Shown here: one piece after another, positions 1 through 14,137 of the stretch | Layout: each line of letters begins with the position of its first letter | How positions within the stretch are numbered: position 1 is the stretch's first letter | Assembly (NCBI GenBank): GCA_051362555.1 | Contig: CM120640.1 | Coordinates: 60,366,788 to 60,430,787 of the forward strand | Direction of reading: 5' to 3' | Length of the DNA: 64,000 nt | From: Lingula anatina | Lineage: Eukaryota; Animalia; Brachiopoda | Position numbers and translations under genes: made by a program | The notes under the pieces: model-generated | The model's database searches: none | Told to the model about the DNA's origin: nothing | What the model saw: only the letters and a program-made list of their open reading frames with translations

Positions 1-361
1 AAGTTTATATTTTTGTCATTTCCATCTTGAGTATGCAGACAAACATTTATGTGCGTTTGCATATGGAGAAGGAGATTAATGTTTTGAGCATGTTCAAAAA
101 CAATTTCATCCCCTGCTTATATATTAATTCTCCTTTGATGGAAAAAGGGTGATTTCAAAGTTGTGCATATAATTGATTTCACATATGATACTTATACTTA
201 CCTCTATATGATAGGTGTGACAGAGCCTTAAGATGTGGCATTTTATGATAGTATTTTAGTTGTGGGACTATCATCAAATATCCCTTCTAATTGTTAGCCC
301 TAGATAATCTTTCTGTATTACCTGTGCATGCTAACATATTTTGTTTGGTTTGTATTTTCAG

Positions 362-3300
362 ACTCAGGGTGACTATATGGTGCTCCACTATATTGCTAGA
401 GTGTTAGAGTTGGTGGTCCCATTAATGGAACATCCCAGTGAAGGCTTCCTAGCACAGCTGGAGGAAGACATGATGAAACTGGTGCTCAAACATGGCATGA
501 TGGTAGGAGACTCCATATAAGTTTTTTTATTGTGCCAACCACCACATGTAGTTCTACAAAGAATATAGATCCATGCCAGTGGTCAGTTTTGAGTCTTCAT
601 ATATATATATGTTTATACTTAGGCATTACTTTCTGTAATTAGGTATACTTTCTGTTGATGTCTGCTTGTATTTCACATATAAAAAATTGTGTTTCCATTG
701 GTTCAGGTTGTGCAGAGCTGTGTGAGTTGCCTTGGATCAGTAATAAACCTTGTGTCCCATAACTACAAGCTAGTCAGAGATTGCTTTCAGAAGTTCTTTG
801 GTAAGTTTGCACCTTTCTTGTCATATATATGTATCATGATATGATAGTATGGACATGATCATGCCAGTCAATTAGCTCATTTCAGCACAGCAAATATGTG
901 GAATACAAGTAATCTTTAGTTTTTATTCTCGTCTGACAGTAGTTACAGTAAAACAGTGCCTAGTCTCATTCACCAACAAGTTTGCTTCATTACCATCTGA
1001 ATAGCAGGAGAGTTTGTCAAAAGATTTTCTATATTGCAGGTGTTCTGTGTAAGATCATGACAGAACACAAAAACAATCCCAAGAATCCAGCATTGGATAA
1101 CAGCAAGCCAACTTTACTGAGGGCTCTATTCACAGTTGGATTGCTGTGCCGACACTTTGATTTTGATGCCAAGGAAATGGGAGAGACTAAGGTATATCTT
1201 TATGTTGTGAAATAGTTTTGGTTTATTTGCTTGTCTTGTTGACAAAATGAATTGAGAGAGCATGGTAATCAATATAACTCATCTGTCATACAGATTTATC
1301 ATTAAGGGTAACATGATGCATTATTTGTTGCAGGCCTGTGTTAAAGACAGAGTGTTTGATGTCCTAATGTATTTTATAAGCCATGAAGATGAAGATGTAA
1401 AACACAAAGCATTGACTGGAGTTGGTGAGTATGCTCAGAAGCATATGAAAGATGCATCTTGCATGTTTTGGTGTTAACTGGTCTTAAAGTCATAATAACT
1501 CTTCGTTTTGGCCAAAAATTGGATTTACCTGGAAAAAACGGCAATTTTCCTGTACTTACCAATGGTCAACGACCCCATTCCTGCATTCAAAGTTAATCCA
1601 GGGTTTTTTTCCTAAACGTACGTTTTTTTGTTAAAATCTCTTAAGAGATTTCAACTGACGGAGCCCTCTCTGAGATTGCATAGTCACTGGTGACCTACTT
1701 ATAACCGCGGGAAAAGCAGACAACAACAACACTATATAAATTCATGAGATATATTCGTCTTTTTGTTAAAAATGCATTTATATCCACAATGTGTGCCATT
1801 CTGGGCTTTTTGTTATCCGACGCACTGTACAAAAACTTGCAACTTACGTCTGCGTCTGCATCAACGCGTTTGGCGCCATGTTATTTTGGTCTCGAATGCG
1901 AGAATCTGCGTGACACCTTTACATCATTAGCAACGGATGCCTTGACGACCGGGAAGAAGGGCATCGAAAGCCCTATTGACAAGAACAGATTTTAGTTTTA
2001 CTACAATAACATAGAATAGAATATATTTCCATGCGTTGTTTACAATGTATTTCATGCAGAATTTTGAATCTCAAAGGAAGAGTTATTATTACTTTAAAAT
2101 CTTTCAACATTATAGTAAAAGGGAACTAATAACTTTTTCTTTTTCAGAACAATAAATTTGTTTGTGTTAGTGAGCTTGTGTACTGTGTAGCATTGCTACA
2201 TCACAAGTTAAGGAACACTGCTTGTATATGAAATCTCTTTCTCTCCAAATGATTATGATTTTTCTAATGTTCATAAATTACATACCAGTTCTTCCTTTTC
2301 CTAGGTTACATGTGCATTCGTTACTATGACTTCATGTTAGGGACTACACTGAAGCAGGTGTACCATGGTCTGCTCACCTACAGAGATGCCCCGGTCAAAC
2401 TAAAGAACCAGGTGCTAAGGAACCTTCAGCATTACCTCACAGAGGAGGAAGATAAAATGCAAAAGGCTGATGCAGAATGTAAGTAGCTGGTCAGTTTAAA
2501 AAATCATTAAAATAATTTCCATGCTTTTAAAATAAAGACTGTTTTTGCAGACAGATGAAAATAAAGCCCTTTGTATTATATAACCATACTTCCATGTGAA
2601 AAGACATGCTGGGAAGGTTGGAGTATATTAATTGATTTTAGTCACATCTGTATTAATGGGCAGATGCGCATATAATTCTGGCATCTTTCAATATTTGTCA
2701 GTTTTATACTGTTCTTAAGATTGTATCTGTAAAGAATTGAATTTGTATTTCAGGGAGAAAAGTTGCCAAAAAGGAAGATCTCAAGGAAATGGGATTGGCT
2801 GAATCTGGGTTAGCAGAGTTTCTAGTTCAAAATTGTCAATCACAGCAACTTAATGTTTGTTTAAATATCATACATTAATTGATGATCTTCTGTATTTTTG
2901 ATTTGAGAAAGTAGCAGTGTATGTATAGAAAATTGTTTTTTTATGACTTGATTGTTTCCTTCAGCATGGCCAGTACAATTATGCAGCTGTACCTAAAACA
3001 GTGTTTGGAGTCTTTCTTCCACCCACAGTTCCAAGTTCGCATAACAGCACTGACAGTCATATCCTTGATCTTGAAGCAGGGACTTGTCCATCCTGTACAG
3101 GTAAATTACTTACACCAGATAACAGTAAATAATATATTTTGGTCTACATATTTGGGTTGTTTAATTTGCAGAAAGTGCTATTTAATTTTAAAAATCTCCT
3201 CTGCAAATGTACATTTTCAGTTTTATGATCATTTAAGGGCCTGGTAATTTCATCTCTCAAGGGAATGCAGTATACATACTCAAGAGTTATGAAAGATTAA

Positions 3301-6300
3301 CTTAATGTACATTGGTAATTATTGCCTGCTGTAAAACTTGGGTAACGTTATATTTCAGTGTATGCCGTACCTAATCAGCATGAGCACAGATTGTGAGGCT
3401 AATATACGTCTGAAAGCAGATCAGCAGATGCAGGAAATTGACAAGAAATATCCAGGATTTGTACATGTAAGTGCTTCTATATGCATGTGAAGATATTTGT
3501 TTACTGATTAGTTTATTTATAATCATATTATCCCACATTTCTTTATGATTTTTAATTGATCTCTTATTACAGGTGAAAGCCCTCATGGAAAACTAAATGC
3601 GTTTAGATTTAATGTATGAAAGAAAAATAATTGAAATGATGATTGTATTTTAGATGAAGGCACTTGCAGGGATCAAAATGTCTTACAGACTTCAGCAGCT
3701 GCTGCAGGCTGACCTTTATGAACCTATCCGTGGAATCCGTGATGAGGACAATCCCACTGCCCTCTGTGCGTTCCTATACACGCTGATCAGGGGGAACAGA
3801 TCTCATCGCAGGGCTTTACTCACTAATCTACTCAATATGTTTGATGATAGCGCAGTAAGTCTGTATATTATTGTCACAAATTTCAATACACTGTTTTAAC
3901 AGGACTGAAAAACTTCATTTAATATTTTTCCATTTTTTGATGATAAACAAAAGCTAGTGTTTTTGAAATATATTTTTTAATTATTCATTTTATGTATTAA
4001 ATTCATTCAAGTAATAATATATAGAATAATACAATTTTAGTTGAGTTGAAATGGATTTTAGTGGTCAGATTATTGATATGTTTAAGAATTTTTTTGATTA
4101 GATGGGTTTTTTATTTGAAAGCGTTATTTTTTGTTTTTAGTTCTTATGTGTTCAAAATGTTTTAGGGATTGGTCTTAATTAAGGAAAAATGTTAAAATTC
4201 AGGGAACAGTTATATGTTGCATGCCAACTGTTATTTTTTTTATTAGTGGTGGAGGATTTTTTCCTTGCTTTGTTGTAAATATATTCATTCTGCATGCATT
4301 AACTTAGAAATAGTTACTTGAACAAGGTAGTTCTAAGTGTTGTATTTTATCAGTTCATTTGTGTGTGTTATTATATGTTTGAGACCCTGATGTCTCTCAG
4401 CACTGGGCTATTATCATTGTAGCATGGCGCTTCTTATATGACACCTCTCTTTTCAGAGAAATTTAACAGATCCATCTGAAAGGGACACCAGTTTTGAGGT
4501 TAATATTTTCAGCAGGACTGAAATGATTGGGACACTAATTTACATTCTTTCAGCTATTTCTTTCACTTTCTCATTCTATCGTACTTTTATCCAGAAAGTT
4601 CTCTTTTTCATTTAGCAGAAGTCTGTGGCTTTTTGTTGCTTCTGTCCTAAGTAGATTATGGTATTAGTTAGGTGTAGAAATTTTCATTGGTGCATGCAGT
4701 AATATGCTTCAAACGTGAGCATTGAGTCCAGTGCTTTATTAGCCACTGCACAGTAAATAAGCTTTCATGTTGTAATAGAATCACTGCTTTAAATGCCTTT
4801 AGTGTTGCTACATTTCTTGAAATCTCCTGGTCATAAATGATTGTAGTATAATTTGTAAGATATTGCACTGCTTGTAATGAAGTACCTTTAATATATTGTT
4901 TGGCAATTCCACTGTAGATTAACCCCATTCAGAAGTTCCCATGAGATTGTTTTGAAATGGATCTAAAATGATAAAAGTAATATGTTTAATTTCTTTATTT
5001 TTTTAAAGAAAACCTCACTAAATGAGATGGTGTACATAGCTGACAACCTTGCATTCCTTCCATACCAGTACCAGGATGAGCCTTTGTTTATCATGCATCA
5101 GACTGATATCATAGTCTCGGTGTCTGGATCAAACCTTGTGCAGGCTTTTATGGAGGTAAAGGGAATTTTATCATATCTTGGATTGTAACAGACTGAAAAG
5201 TTTTTAAAATAGCTGGACAATTGGAGCATATGTGACAAAAAAATGCTGGACCAAAGGAATTGTTTGCTAGACTAACTGTTAATTCAAAATGGCACCTCTT
5301 AAAATGGTTGCAAGTTTCTTGGACTAACTGGACACAATTTTCTTTCAATCCTTGATAACTGCTTCAGTCAGTTGGCAGGACTGACAATTTCAGCATGTCT
5401 GCTGCTATGCAAATAATAAAGAATGTGCCTTTGACAATTTTAATGTAATCTTGTTTGTTCTCTGATACCAGCATTGTTAATGAATTGTAGGGCCTCACGC
5501 AAAAGAAAGAAGGTGAATCTGAAGCTTTGTCAAGGTATGAGGAAGATGATGATGAGGAGGACGAATTTGAGAGATTGCTAGGTATGTTTTCTTTCTTATT
5601 CTTCTTATTTCTTTATTGATATTCAAGATTACATAATTGGATACTGTTTTAGACAATGCTATTTAAATTTTTTTATGAAAAAAGTTTGGCTAATATGCTT
5701 ATTGTAGAAAGATGCCTTAGCAGTAAAGATTACTTGCAAATAGAGGGTCTTGTTACTGAGATCTGTTTTAATCTTTAATGCTTGCTGTAACTGAAAGAGT
5801 TGAAATTTCAGGGAGGTTTCCAGAGGACACATCTGCTCTCCAGGATATCCGTCTGCAATGGCAGGGTTGTATTCTATTAATGCAATTGAAACAACATCTC
5901 AAGGAACATTTTGGATTCAAAGAACAGTAAGTATTGATTGATACAAAAACAAGCTTACAGTCTTTACCAATAGAAGCAAAATGCTTTTTTCTTTATTGAT
6001 GAATTTGATATTTTTCAAAGTAAGTAGCTTCAGTTTCATATTCTGTTTTCTAATTTATAATTCCATTTCTAGGAAAATAAGCCAGTATTCTCCTAGTGAT
6101 CCTGCTAAAATGAATGAAAGACCTTTGAATCGTAAAGGTCAGAACCGTTTCAATCCCAAGCTGGCTCTAGATCTGCTGAAACGTGACCAACTGTCTCCTC
6201 AAGACTTAAATGATGAGGCCAAGAGGCAGCTACTCTCTGATTTCCTGGAGGTTAGCACCAGCTTTAAAAAATTAGAAACATTTTTAGATAATCTTGTAAT

Positions 6301-7495
6301 ATTGAACATAATTGTTTTAAGTAGAGAGACTTGCTTTGTAAGCATGAATCATTAAAAGATAAGATGAATGCTTCATATTTATTGAATTAGGAAGATTAGG
6401 CAGCTTTTCAGTTCAACTTAAAAGTAACTAAAAAGGTCATTAACAGTGTCTTGTGCCAGTTATCAGTTTAAGAAGCTGTCTAGTCTAGTGTGACTTTAAT
6501 GTGACTGTATATTACAGTTAGCAATGTTCCTTATCTGTCCCCAGTTCAAGCAGCTGATGTTGAGTGTAGATCCAGCAGAGGATGACAGTGACCAGAGCAC
6601 TGGGCATGTCACTCCTCAGCCCAAGTCCCCAGCAGTCAGTAGACCACCAGCAGCTGGGGGAGATGGACAGCCAGGAGAGGATGGGGCAGAAAATGGAGGT
6701 GGGGATGCAGGTTCCAGTGGAGCAGTTGATGAAGATGATGATGTTGCAGCAGAAAATGGAGACAAAGCACTAAGGCCAGAAATGCTGGTTAGTTATAGTT
6801 CCATGTTCAGTATACGTGTAGAATTATTTAAATTGCATATTGAGAAATTTTTTCATACTTCACTTTGATTCTAATTGCTTTATTATGTAAATTCTAATCC
6901 CAAGTTTTCGGCTTTTCAGAAGCTTGTGTAAGTAATGTCTATTAAGTGATGTGATTACCGGTTGCATATTTACTGTCAATTAACAGACACCTGTAAAGGG
7001 GTTCACATTTCAGAGGTTGAAACTTTACATTTTAACCTGCCAGTGTACAACAAGTGATGATAATTACTTAAAACAATCTTCAATTTTTGGTTTTAATTAC
7101 AATTACACTGAAGTAAAAATATTTTATGAAAGCATTTGTGTAATCTATAAAATAGAGCTTAATAACATAAAATGGTAGGGTTGTAGTAGTAGTATTACAC
7201 ATCTGCTGTGAAGGTTGATTTATGCATAGTTTAAATTGATTTGCATCAGGTGAAGCCTTTGAAGATTACCCTCACTCCACTTGGCTTTACCACATCCTTG
7301 TCCAAGCACCAGAAATCTTCAGAGAAGAAACATAAGTCGCACAAAAGTAAATTTGAAAAGAAGAAAAAACACAAAAAGAAGAAAAGGAAAAGGAGAATAA
7401 GCACAACAGATGAGGAAGATGAAAGTGATTTTGAGGAAGAAGAAGAAGAGGAGGATGAAGAAGATGAGAGTGAAGATCCTGATTTTAATATTTAA
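362..7495 (+). CDS. NIPBL: Nipped-B-like cohesin loader, 3' part (5' end lies outside the window). Exons: 362-502, 707-800, 1040-1191, 1334-1424, 2305-2478, 2754-2808, 2965-3100, 3359-3466, 3654-3854, 5009-5155, 5491-5581, 5812-5926, 6073-6250, 6545-6787, 7250-7495
   Basis: GT-AG bounded exons join in phase. Peptides such as VLELVVPLMEHPSEGFLAQLEEDMMKL, LLRALFTVGLLCRHFDFD, KEDLKEMG, LILKQGLVHPVQCMPYLISM, RSHRRALL and YIADNLAFLPYQYQDEPLFIMH match NIPBL/Scc2 HEAT and Nipped-B_C regions. Lys/acidic tail ends in TAA at 7493-7495. Confidence 0.96.
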
Positions 7496-8082
7496 TCTAA
7501 GAAGTGGCCATTTGGACTTTTTTAAAGCTGACTATGTAATGCAGGTTCCAATCACTTCCAAGTTCTGCCTCCAAAAAGTGTTGAGCAGCTTGGTGGAATG
7601 CCCTCTCTTTGCTAGCAGTCATGCATTGTGTGATAATTTTTAACTGACTGAGGAAGCTTATTTATTTCGCTGTATTCTTCCAGTTGAACTTTGATCAACA
7701 ACCCTGCAGCAGTGCAATGTTAGAAGTGTACATAGCTCATGGTTATTTATAACTTTTTTAATTAAATCTACATACAACTCTTGTAAAAACCAGTGTACAT
7801 AGAAACTATTTAAAGGAGCTGTAATTTGTGCATCATAGAAAATTTGTGAATATAGAAGAATTCCACGTCAGTTATTACAGTCACTTTGGGGACTGGATTT
7901 ATTTTATGGAATTGTTTTTCATTGTCACACTACTTAGAGTTCTATTTTTAACAAGTTGTTTGTAGATTTAAACCTGTGTATAAGCTAATTTTAAGTTTTT
8001 ATAATGTTGGTTTTGTACCAGTCCTTCCCGTCAAGTGTTTCATAAAATTAATGTGGAATTTGTGTTCATTTCCTATATTCAT

Positions 8083-8112
8083 GAATAATAAAACGCTTAC
8101 CTTTAAATAAAG
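8083..8112 (+). terminator. Candidate NIPBL polyadenylation signals
   Basis: Two AATAAA hexamers about 600 nt after the stop, followed by T/GT-rich sequence. Confidence 0.5.
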
Positions 8113-8672
8113 GAAGTTGTACATCAGAATCCAGGGTTTTTTATAATCTCATTGAGTGAATGCTGTTGTGTTTCTAAATCTGGGCAAAAGTAAAAGTGGG
8201 TAAATTTTAAGATTTTTACAAACATTTACACTAAAAATGGTTTATGGGAACAACTAAAAATGGAATGAAGATGTTGATTTTACTACCAGCTTAGAGCCTT
8301 TGAGGTGTTGTGGACATGTTCCTAAAAACTAAGAATGTATCTAGACATGAAATGGATTATTGAGAAAAAAATGAAGAAATGACTCCATCGACTTAAAAAA
8401 TATGCTTTTTGGAAAATTTCATAAGTTGCCTGAATTTCAAAGAATTATGAAAAGGTTAATAAAATCAAAGATGTGAAAAAAAGAGGCATGAACTCTGTGA
8501 CATATCACATTTTATTGGAACAGAAATCTTGTTTACAATATTCAAAATTTGTCACTGAATCTAGCAATACTTTTATAACATTCAAAAATGACAAAACTAC
8601 ATAACCATTGATAAGTAGTAAGGAAACTGATGCACTTCACATTTTCATTCTTCCTTCTTGATAACACATAAT

Positions 8673-8898
8673 GCCCCTTTCATATCGAGCATTACTACTG
8701 TATTGTCCCAGTTTAACTGGTCCTAACTACAGGGTTTACTACCTTTCACGACCCCAATAAAAAGTATACCAGTTAACTGGCTGTGTGAAATATCAGGGCT
8801 CAGTTTAGGTGACTCTTACATTATAGCCAGGCTAATAAGCTGTCAATCTCATGACCTGGTGAGATACAGAAAAATGTTCCTCTCGATGTGAAAAGGGC
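8673..8898. mobile_element. Small MITE (~225 bp), possibly Harbinger/Tourist-like
   Basis: Imperfect terminal inverted repeats GCCCCTTTCATATCGAG ... CTCGATGTGAAAAGGGC; no clean TSD. Confidence 0.5.
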
Positions 8899-9479
8899 AG
8901 TACGTAAAATATTATAGTTAATTTTACCTCTGTTATTGTAATAATCTCTGTTATCTAATTAATACATCACTTGATTGATACAGAAATTGCTCATTGAAGT
9001 AAGTACATTTTACATCTCTAACCACAATCCAATTTATTTTTTAACAAAGACAATTGTATATAGTGTACAGTCCAGTCATTCTTGTTTAAAAAAAATTACC
9101 AGGGCATTTTGAAACATCAACTAAAATTTTTTTATACCTTTCATGCTGTATTGTAAAGCTAAAAAAATTTGAAGAAAGCCATAAGACATCTTTTTCAAAA
9201 ATAAAACCTTCACTCCCCCCTCCCTTTTAGATTGCTGAGATAATGGTAGAAGGCACACTGTTGAAGTATATTTCATTTTTGTACCTAAATGGTGGGGTGA
9301 TGGAAGAACTCAAAAAGATTCTTCACAAAAGTGACTGACATCCCATTAAGTCTGTTGAAGTTTGTGTTGGGCTTCAATATAAATTGCAAATTGGCCTAAT
9401 TAAATATGAAGCTGCCACAAGACAATGAAAGACTGATTATGGTAAACTGTATAAACACTGAAAAGAAAAGCTAAAAGCA

Positions 9480-9760
9480 ATTCCTTTCTAACTATTGCTA
9501 GGTAAAACTAACAAGCTAGATGTTACAGCAGAATGTTTGTGTAACAACTTTGTGTATCAAGCAGCAGTTACTACAAAATCAAATGTATGAACTACATGCA
9601 TAGGTCTTTGTGGTGGGCAATTCAAGTTGAGACTTAACCAAAATCATTTAGGGGCAAAAATATTCAACAAAAAACTAGCTATCAAAATATATTTGGAGAT
9701 AATAAGAAAGTAATACGGAGTATGAAATAACGATGGGACATCTTTAAAAAATCTGCAACG
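9480..9760 (+). pseudogene. Decayed Penelope-like element GIY-YIG endonuclease fragment
   Basis: Frameshifted peptides ECLCNNFVYQAAVTT, CIGLCGGQFKLRL and LSKYIW follow the PLE GIY-YIG pattern (CL..NVVY.A.V...YIG...FK.R...LSKYIW). Confidence 0.6.
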
Positions 9761-10369
9761 CAAAGGAGGAACCAAGTGGTGGTATGCCATTGTAACTGGT
9801 TGGAATACCACTTGAATAAACACCTGGAAAAAGGGGTATGTCCGTGAAATTCGGAGTAGAGGTTTAAACGTGTTGGGGTCTATCTATTTATTTATTTGAA
9901 ATAAAAATTGTATACATTTGTAGTCAAGACACTTTATGCTGTAAGCATAAGTCATGATAATGATCTCACCACAATATGCACAAGCTATACAGTGAAAGCT
10001 AACATTTAGATCTCCAGCTGATGTTACATTCCAGAAATTAGAATTAAGACTGCTATAAAGTTTTGGCAGGATGTTGTATGAAGGCCCTTTTGGTTTGCAC
10101 ATTTGGCAGGGTTTTCTTAAACATGAAAATGACCAATGAGAATTTAAGATAGAAGGATGAAACTGCCAATTCTGATTAAAAATACTGAGAAGATATTAAT
10201 GAAGTTAAAGAAAAAAATCAGGTCATTTTTTAAAGTCCAGGGATAAGCCAGATGGTGCCAGACAAGAAAGCTACCATAGAAGTTGGAAAAGAGTGAGTTG
10301 AGTGGCAAAATATGAAGTCCACACTGGAAGATGTGTTTAAAGCATACAGAGCCAAATACCCTACAGACA

Positions 10370-10965
10370 AGGTGGGATTCACCTTTTGCAAACTGAAGTA
10401 CCTAGCCCTGGAAAGACTGTGTGTACAGTAACAAAGAAGCACCTTGTGAAAAGAGATTGCCCAAATGTGAAGACACTAGCCGGAACATGGAAATTGCACA
10501 GCATTTGAGGCGCAGGAAAAGAGCTACTATGTATCAATGGAAACCAGAAGCTAGAGCTGTTATTGCCAAAACTGCAGAAGAGATTATGAGCCAGCGGAGG
10601 AATGTCAAAATTCAGAATATGTTGAAACATGGGCACCAGTTCAACTCAAATTGTCTCGCAGATAGGATGGCATGATAGAAAGTGGAAAAAAGCAGTTGTT
10701 TTGGAAAAACATTTAACTCCTAGACCTTACATAGTAGTAAATGAAATTGGACAGAAGTATAGGCATAACTGGCATGATTTACGCACTGACAATGACAACA
10801 GTCCAACAGTGCCAATAGACCCAAAATTACTTAATGGAGACAATACAGAGAATACCCAAATTGAAAACAACGTACCAGTTATATGTGGAAATACCCAGCA
10901 AAACAAAAGAATTTCCTTGGATAGCAATTCAAACAAGTAGTGGGAGAGTAATAAAGTCTCCTATA
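10370..10965 (+). pseudogene. Gypsy LTR-retrotransposon pol remnant (RT piece and integrase C-terminus)
   Basis: KLKYL (RT KYLG-like), WKKAVVLEKHLTPRPYIVVNEIGQKYRHN and SSGRVIKSP resemble the Gypsy integrase tail W..A.V....PRSY.V...G..YRRN...TRSGR. Confidence 0.7.
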
Positions 10966-13104
10966 AGACTCATAGAAACAAAATAAAAGGACAGAATAAT
11001 CCCTTACTCAGAATTGTTATTCAGAAACTAATTGGGCAGTCTCACCCAGTTAGTATACTTTATGTTGTGTTTTCAAAGTTAAAAAAAAGTAGAGACTGAT
11101 TAATTTTGCTGTTAAATGAACTGTACTTTACTTATTTGCATACACTATAGCTAATAAGTCCCCGGTCACTTTAATAGCACACGCTGTCTACATCAGACGC
11201 GCTAATGCGCACGTCCCCGACAGTGTTAATGATAGGGGGATTACGATGGACAGCGCATGTTGCTCACAGCAGTAGGCACTGCCGCCGAAGTTAAACCGGT
11301 AATTAAATCTTTAACTTGACTAAACATGTTTTGCTTTGTAACTTGCGTCCTTCAGTCTTGCTGTTGCGGAAGCGCCGGCGGGACATATCTCCGCCTTGCC
11401 GATATTTATCCCGACTCTCGACTTTAAAAGTATTATTGGTTTTGATTTTATCAAAGTCTTATTATATCAGAAAACCTGATACGTTCATACGTTAAGAGAA
11501 TTATAGAAACTGTAGAAAAAGCTACTCGTACATCAGGGATAAAAAACAACACCTTGCAGCACTATTACCTATTATTCATCACCAGAAGTTACTGTTTCAC
11601 TTTTTTCTCCCAAATTACAAAGTCTGATGACAACTGAAAGCCTTTAGCCATACCTCAGGGCAGTGGGAGATAGTCTGGATTTGATTAAATGTAATAAAAG
11701 TATATTTTGAAGAATTTTCCTAGCCTTCGGCAATTTCCGCAAAGCTTCGGCATGCGCGGCAATACAGAGCTGTCGATATCTGTGTGCGTGAATAATAGAA
11801 TTGGTGGAACAACGGTTAACGTCGATGAGTCGTCTGTAACCTACCCGACGGGAGTTCGTGTCCCTATCGGTACTTTTGAAGATTTTGAAATTGTCATTAT
11901 TAGAAATATCTATTAATATATAAAACAGTCGTGGCTAATTGTTTTTGCAACGGAAAGCACAGTAGGAAGGTTTGTTGTTATTGTTAAAGTTATTATTACT
12001 GGGGACATAAATTAGTATGCTAATCTCTTATCATGGTATAATGATTGATACGATGGGTATCATATAGTTTTCCTTTGATATAAACAACAAAAGAGCGGCC
12101 TTCCAAATATCTTTGCTGAATGTTTATAACGTAGGTACTATTATGCGCAAAAATATTGATACATGACGCAAACGACATTTACTAATTTTGGTAATATCAA
12201 TTTTAATTAAAATTAAATTTAATTGAAATTAAAATTAAAACTTGTCTAAACGTGCATATTACCATTCACCTTGTTTAAAGGGTTCGCAACACTTTACATT
12301 CTAATACATTTTGCCAATTTTCATGTTTGCTAGTTTATTTTGATTTGAGAGAAAGCAAGAGAAGACCCTCTACTAGGGCCGCAAATTAATTATGAGTATT
12401 TTTCTTCAGTGCAAGAGACTGTGTAATGAAAAATCAATCTGTAACTCTGGTATAGGGTGGCCTTGTGTGTGTAATAATATACAAATAGGGGCAGGGGTAC
12501 AGTTTTATAGTACAAATAGTCATTTTATACATCTTATTGATCTCATCGTCGGGTCATTGTTTACAATAGCGCTTTGTCGCTGTGCGTACCTTTTTGCATT
12601 TGAGTTAGACTCAGTCAGTAACAGCTGGTGATTTTGTCTTTTTTGCGTTTCATTGACAATATTTTGGCCACCTAAGTAGGGAAATGTGGCTCTTTGTTTT
12701 GAAATGACATTTCCATTGCTCCTTTGAACATGCAAAAGTCAACACACTTACGTCAACATACTTACTTTGCAATACCAACCCAGGGGAAGAAACAAAAGCC
12801 TCATAAGGTGTCGTCATTCACACTGTAAAAGGTGTTAATATCATGCTTCTATTGTTTGCCCATGAATCATTATGACAAATTTGTAGGGTTGCCAGATCAC
12901 TGGCGCTTCATTCAATTCTCTATATCTGCCCTGCAGCCTGGGATGAGTGATACTTGACTGACCTTTGTTTACATCTGGAGATTTTCTTTATAATTCGATC
13001 AGTGTGCATAAATTATGATATTTTCCATCAGGAAAAATACGTGATAATGTTACGATTCTTATTTTACGGATACATAATTACAAAAATTAATTCCTGATTT
13101 AATA

Positions 13105-14137
13105 CCCCCTATTTCAGCGCCTATTCCTGGCTGCGTTAATTATGGGGGGTTGGAAAGTAATCCGTTAGAACGCAGGAGTGATGATTGCTACTCTTACCAA
13201 CGGTGCATCACCGATCAACTAATCTCAGCCATCTGAAGCAGAATCACCAACAAAAGACAAATTGGACTACATCTGCCTTCTTGTTGAGACATCTTATGTA
13301 AAAAAGGCGATAACGGTCAAACATAGGCCTACGTGCTTCGTGGTTTATTAAATGTTCATCGTATTTTTTCGTTCGTTATTCTTATGAGTTAAGCAGCTTC
13401 ACCTCCGTGACACCCTTTTTATTTATTTAAACCATTGTTAGATAAACCATGGGTTTCACTTTAGATTTCACGATCGAGCAGCTGATCATGAGGAGAGTGT
13501 AGCATGCTATAGTAAACTACCCCAAATATATATACAACACCTCCAGGGTTTCACGATCGAGCAAGTGATCATGAGGAGAGAGTGTAGCAGAGAACTTATG
13601 TTTTGTATTAATGGTCGTCATAATTGGTGGTTGCCTTGGGAAAATGAGTTACATGATTACATAATACAGATACATAATAACATAAGATTAATACTAAAAT
13701 TTTCCCTGATACAAAAACCCCTTTTTGAGCGCTTATTCCTGACTGCGTTAATTACGGGTGATTAGAAAGTAATCTATGAGGACGCAGGAGCGATGATCGC
13801 TACTCTTACCAACGGTAAATCACCGATTTACTTGACTCCGCTACTTCGAGCAAAATCACACACCACCAAAAGACAAATTAGACCACGTTCGTCCTCTTAT
13901 TAAAACAAAGAATGTAAAAATGTGATGTCGGTCAAAGAAGAGGCCTACAGTAGACTTCGTGCTTCATGGTTTATTAGATAGGCCTATTCATTGGATTTTT
14001 TTATTTCATTATTATAGATTCACCTCGCGAGACCCTTTTTTATATATTTTAAACACAGCACCCCACTGGTTTCGCGATCATGAAGAAAGGGAGTGTAGCA
14101 AAGAACCTCATTAATGGTCGTAATAATAGGTGGTTGC
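13105..14137. repeat. Two diverged tandem copies of a ~500-600 bp non-coding unit (copies start ~13105 and ~13718)
   Basis: Colinear shared blocks, e.g. TATTCCTG(G/A)CTGCGTTAATTA, GCTACTCTTACCAACGGT, CAAAAGACAAATT and ATTAATGGTCGT. Confidence 0.8.

Noticed and set aside
1470-2050. CpG-rich intronic segment and 83-aa ORF as a NIPBL exon or nested gene
   Set aside because: NIPBL exons join in phase without it. It is probably a non-autonomous insertion, but I could not define termini.
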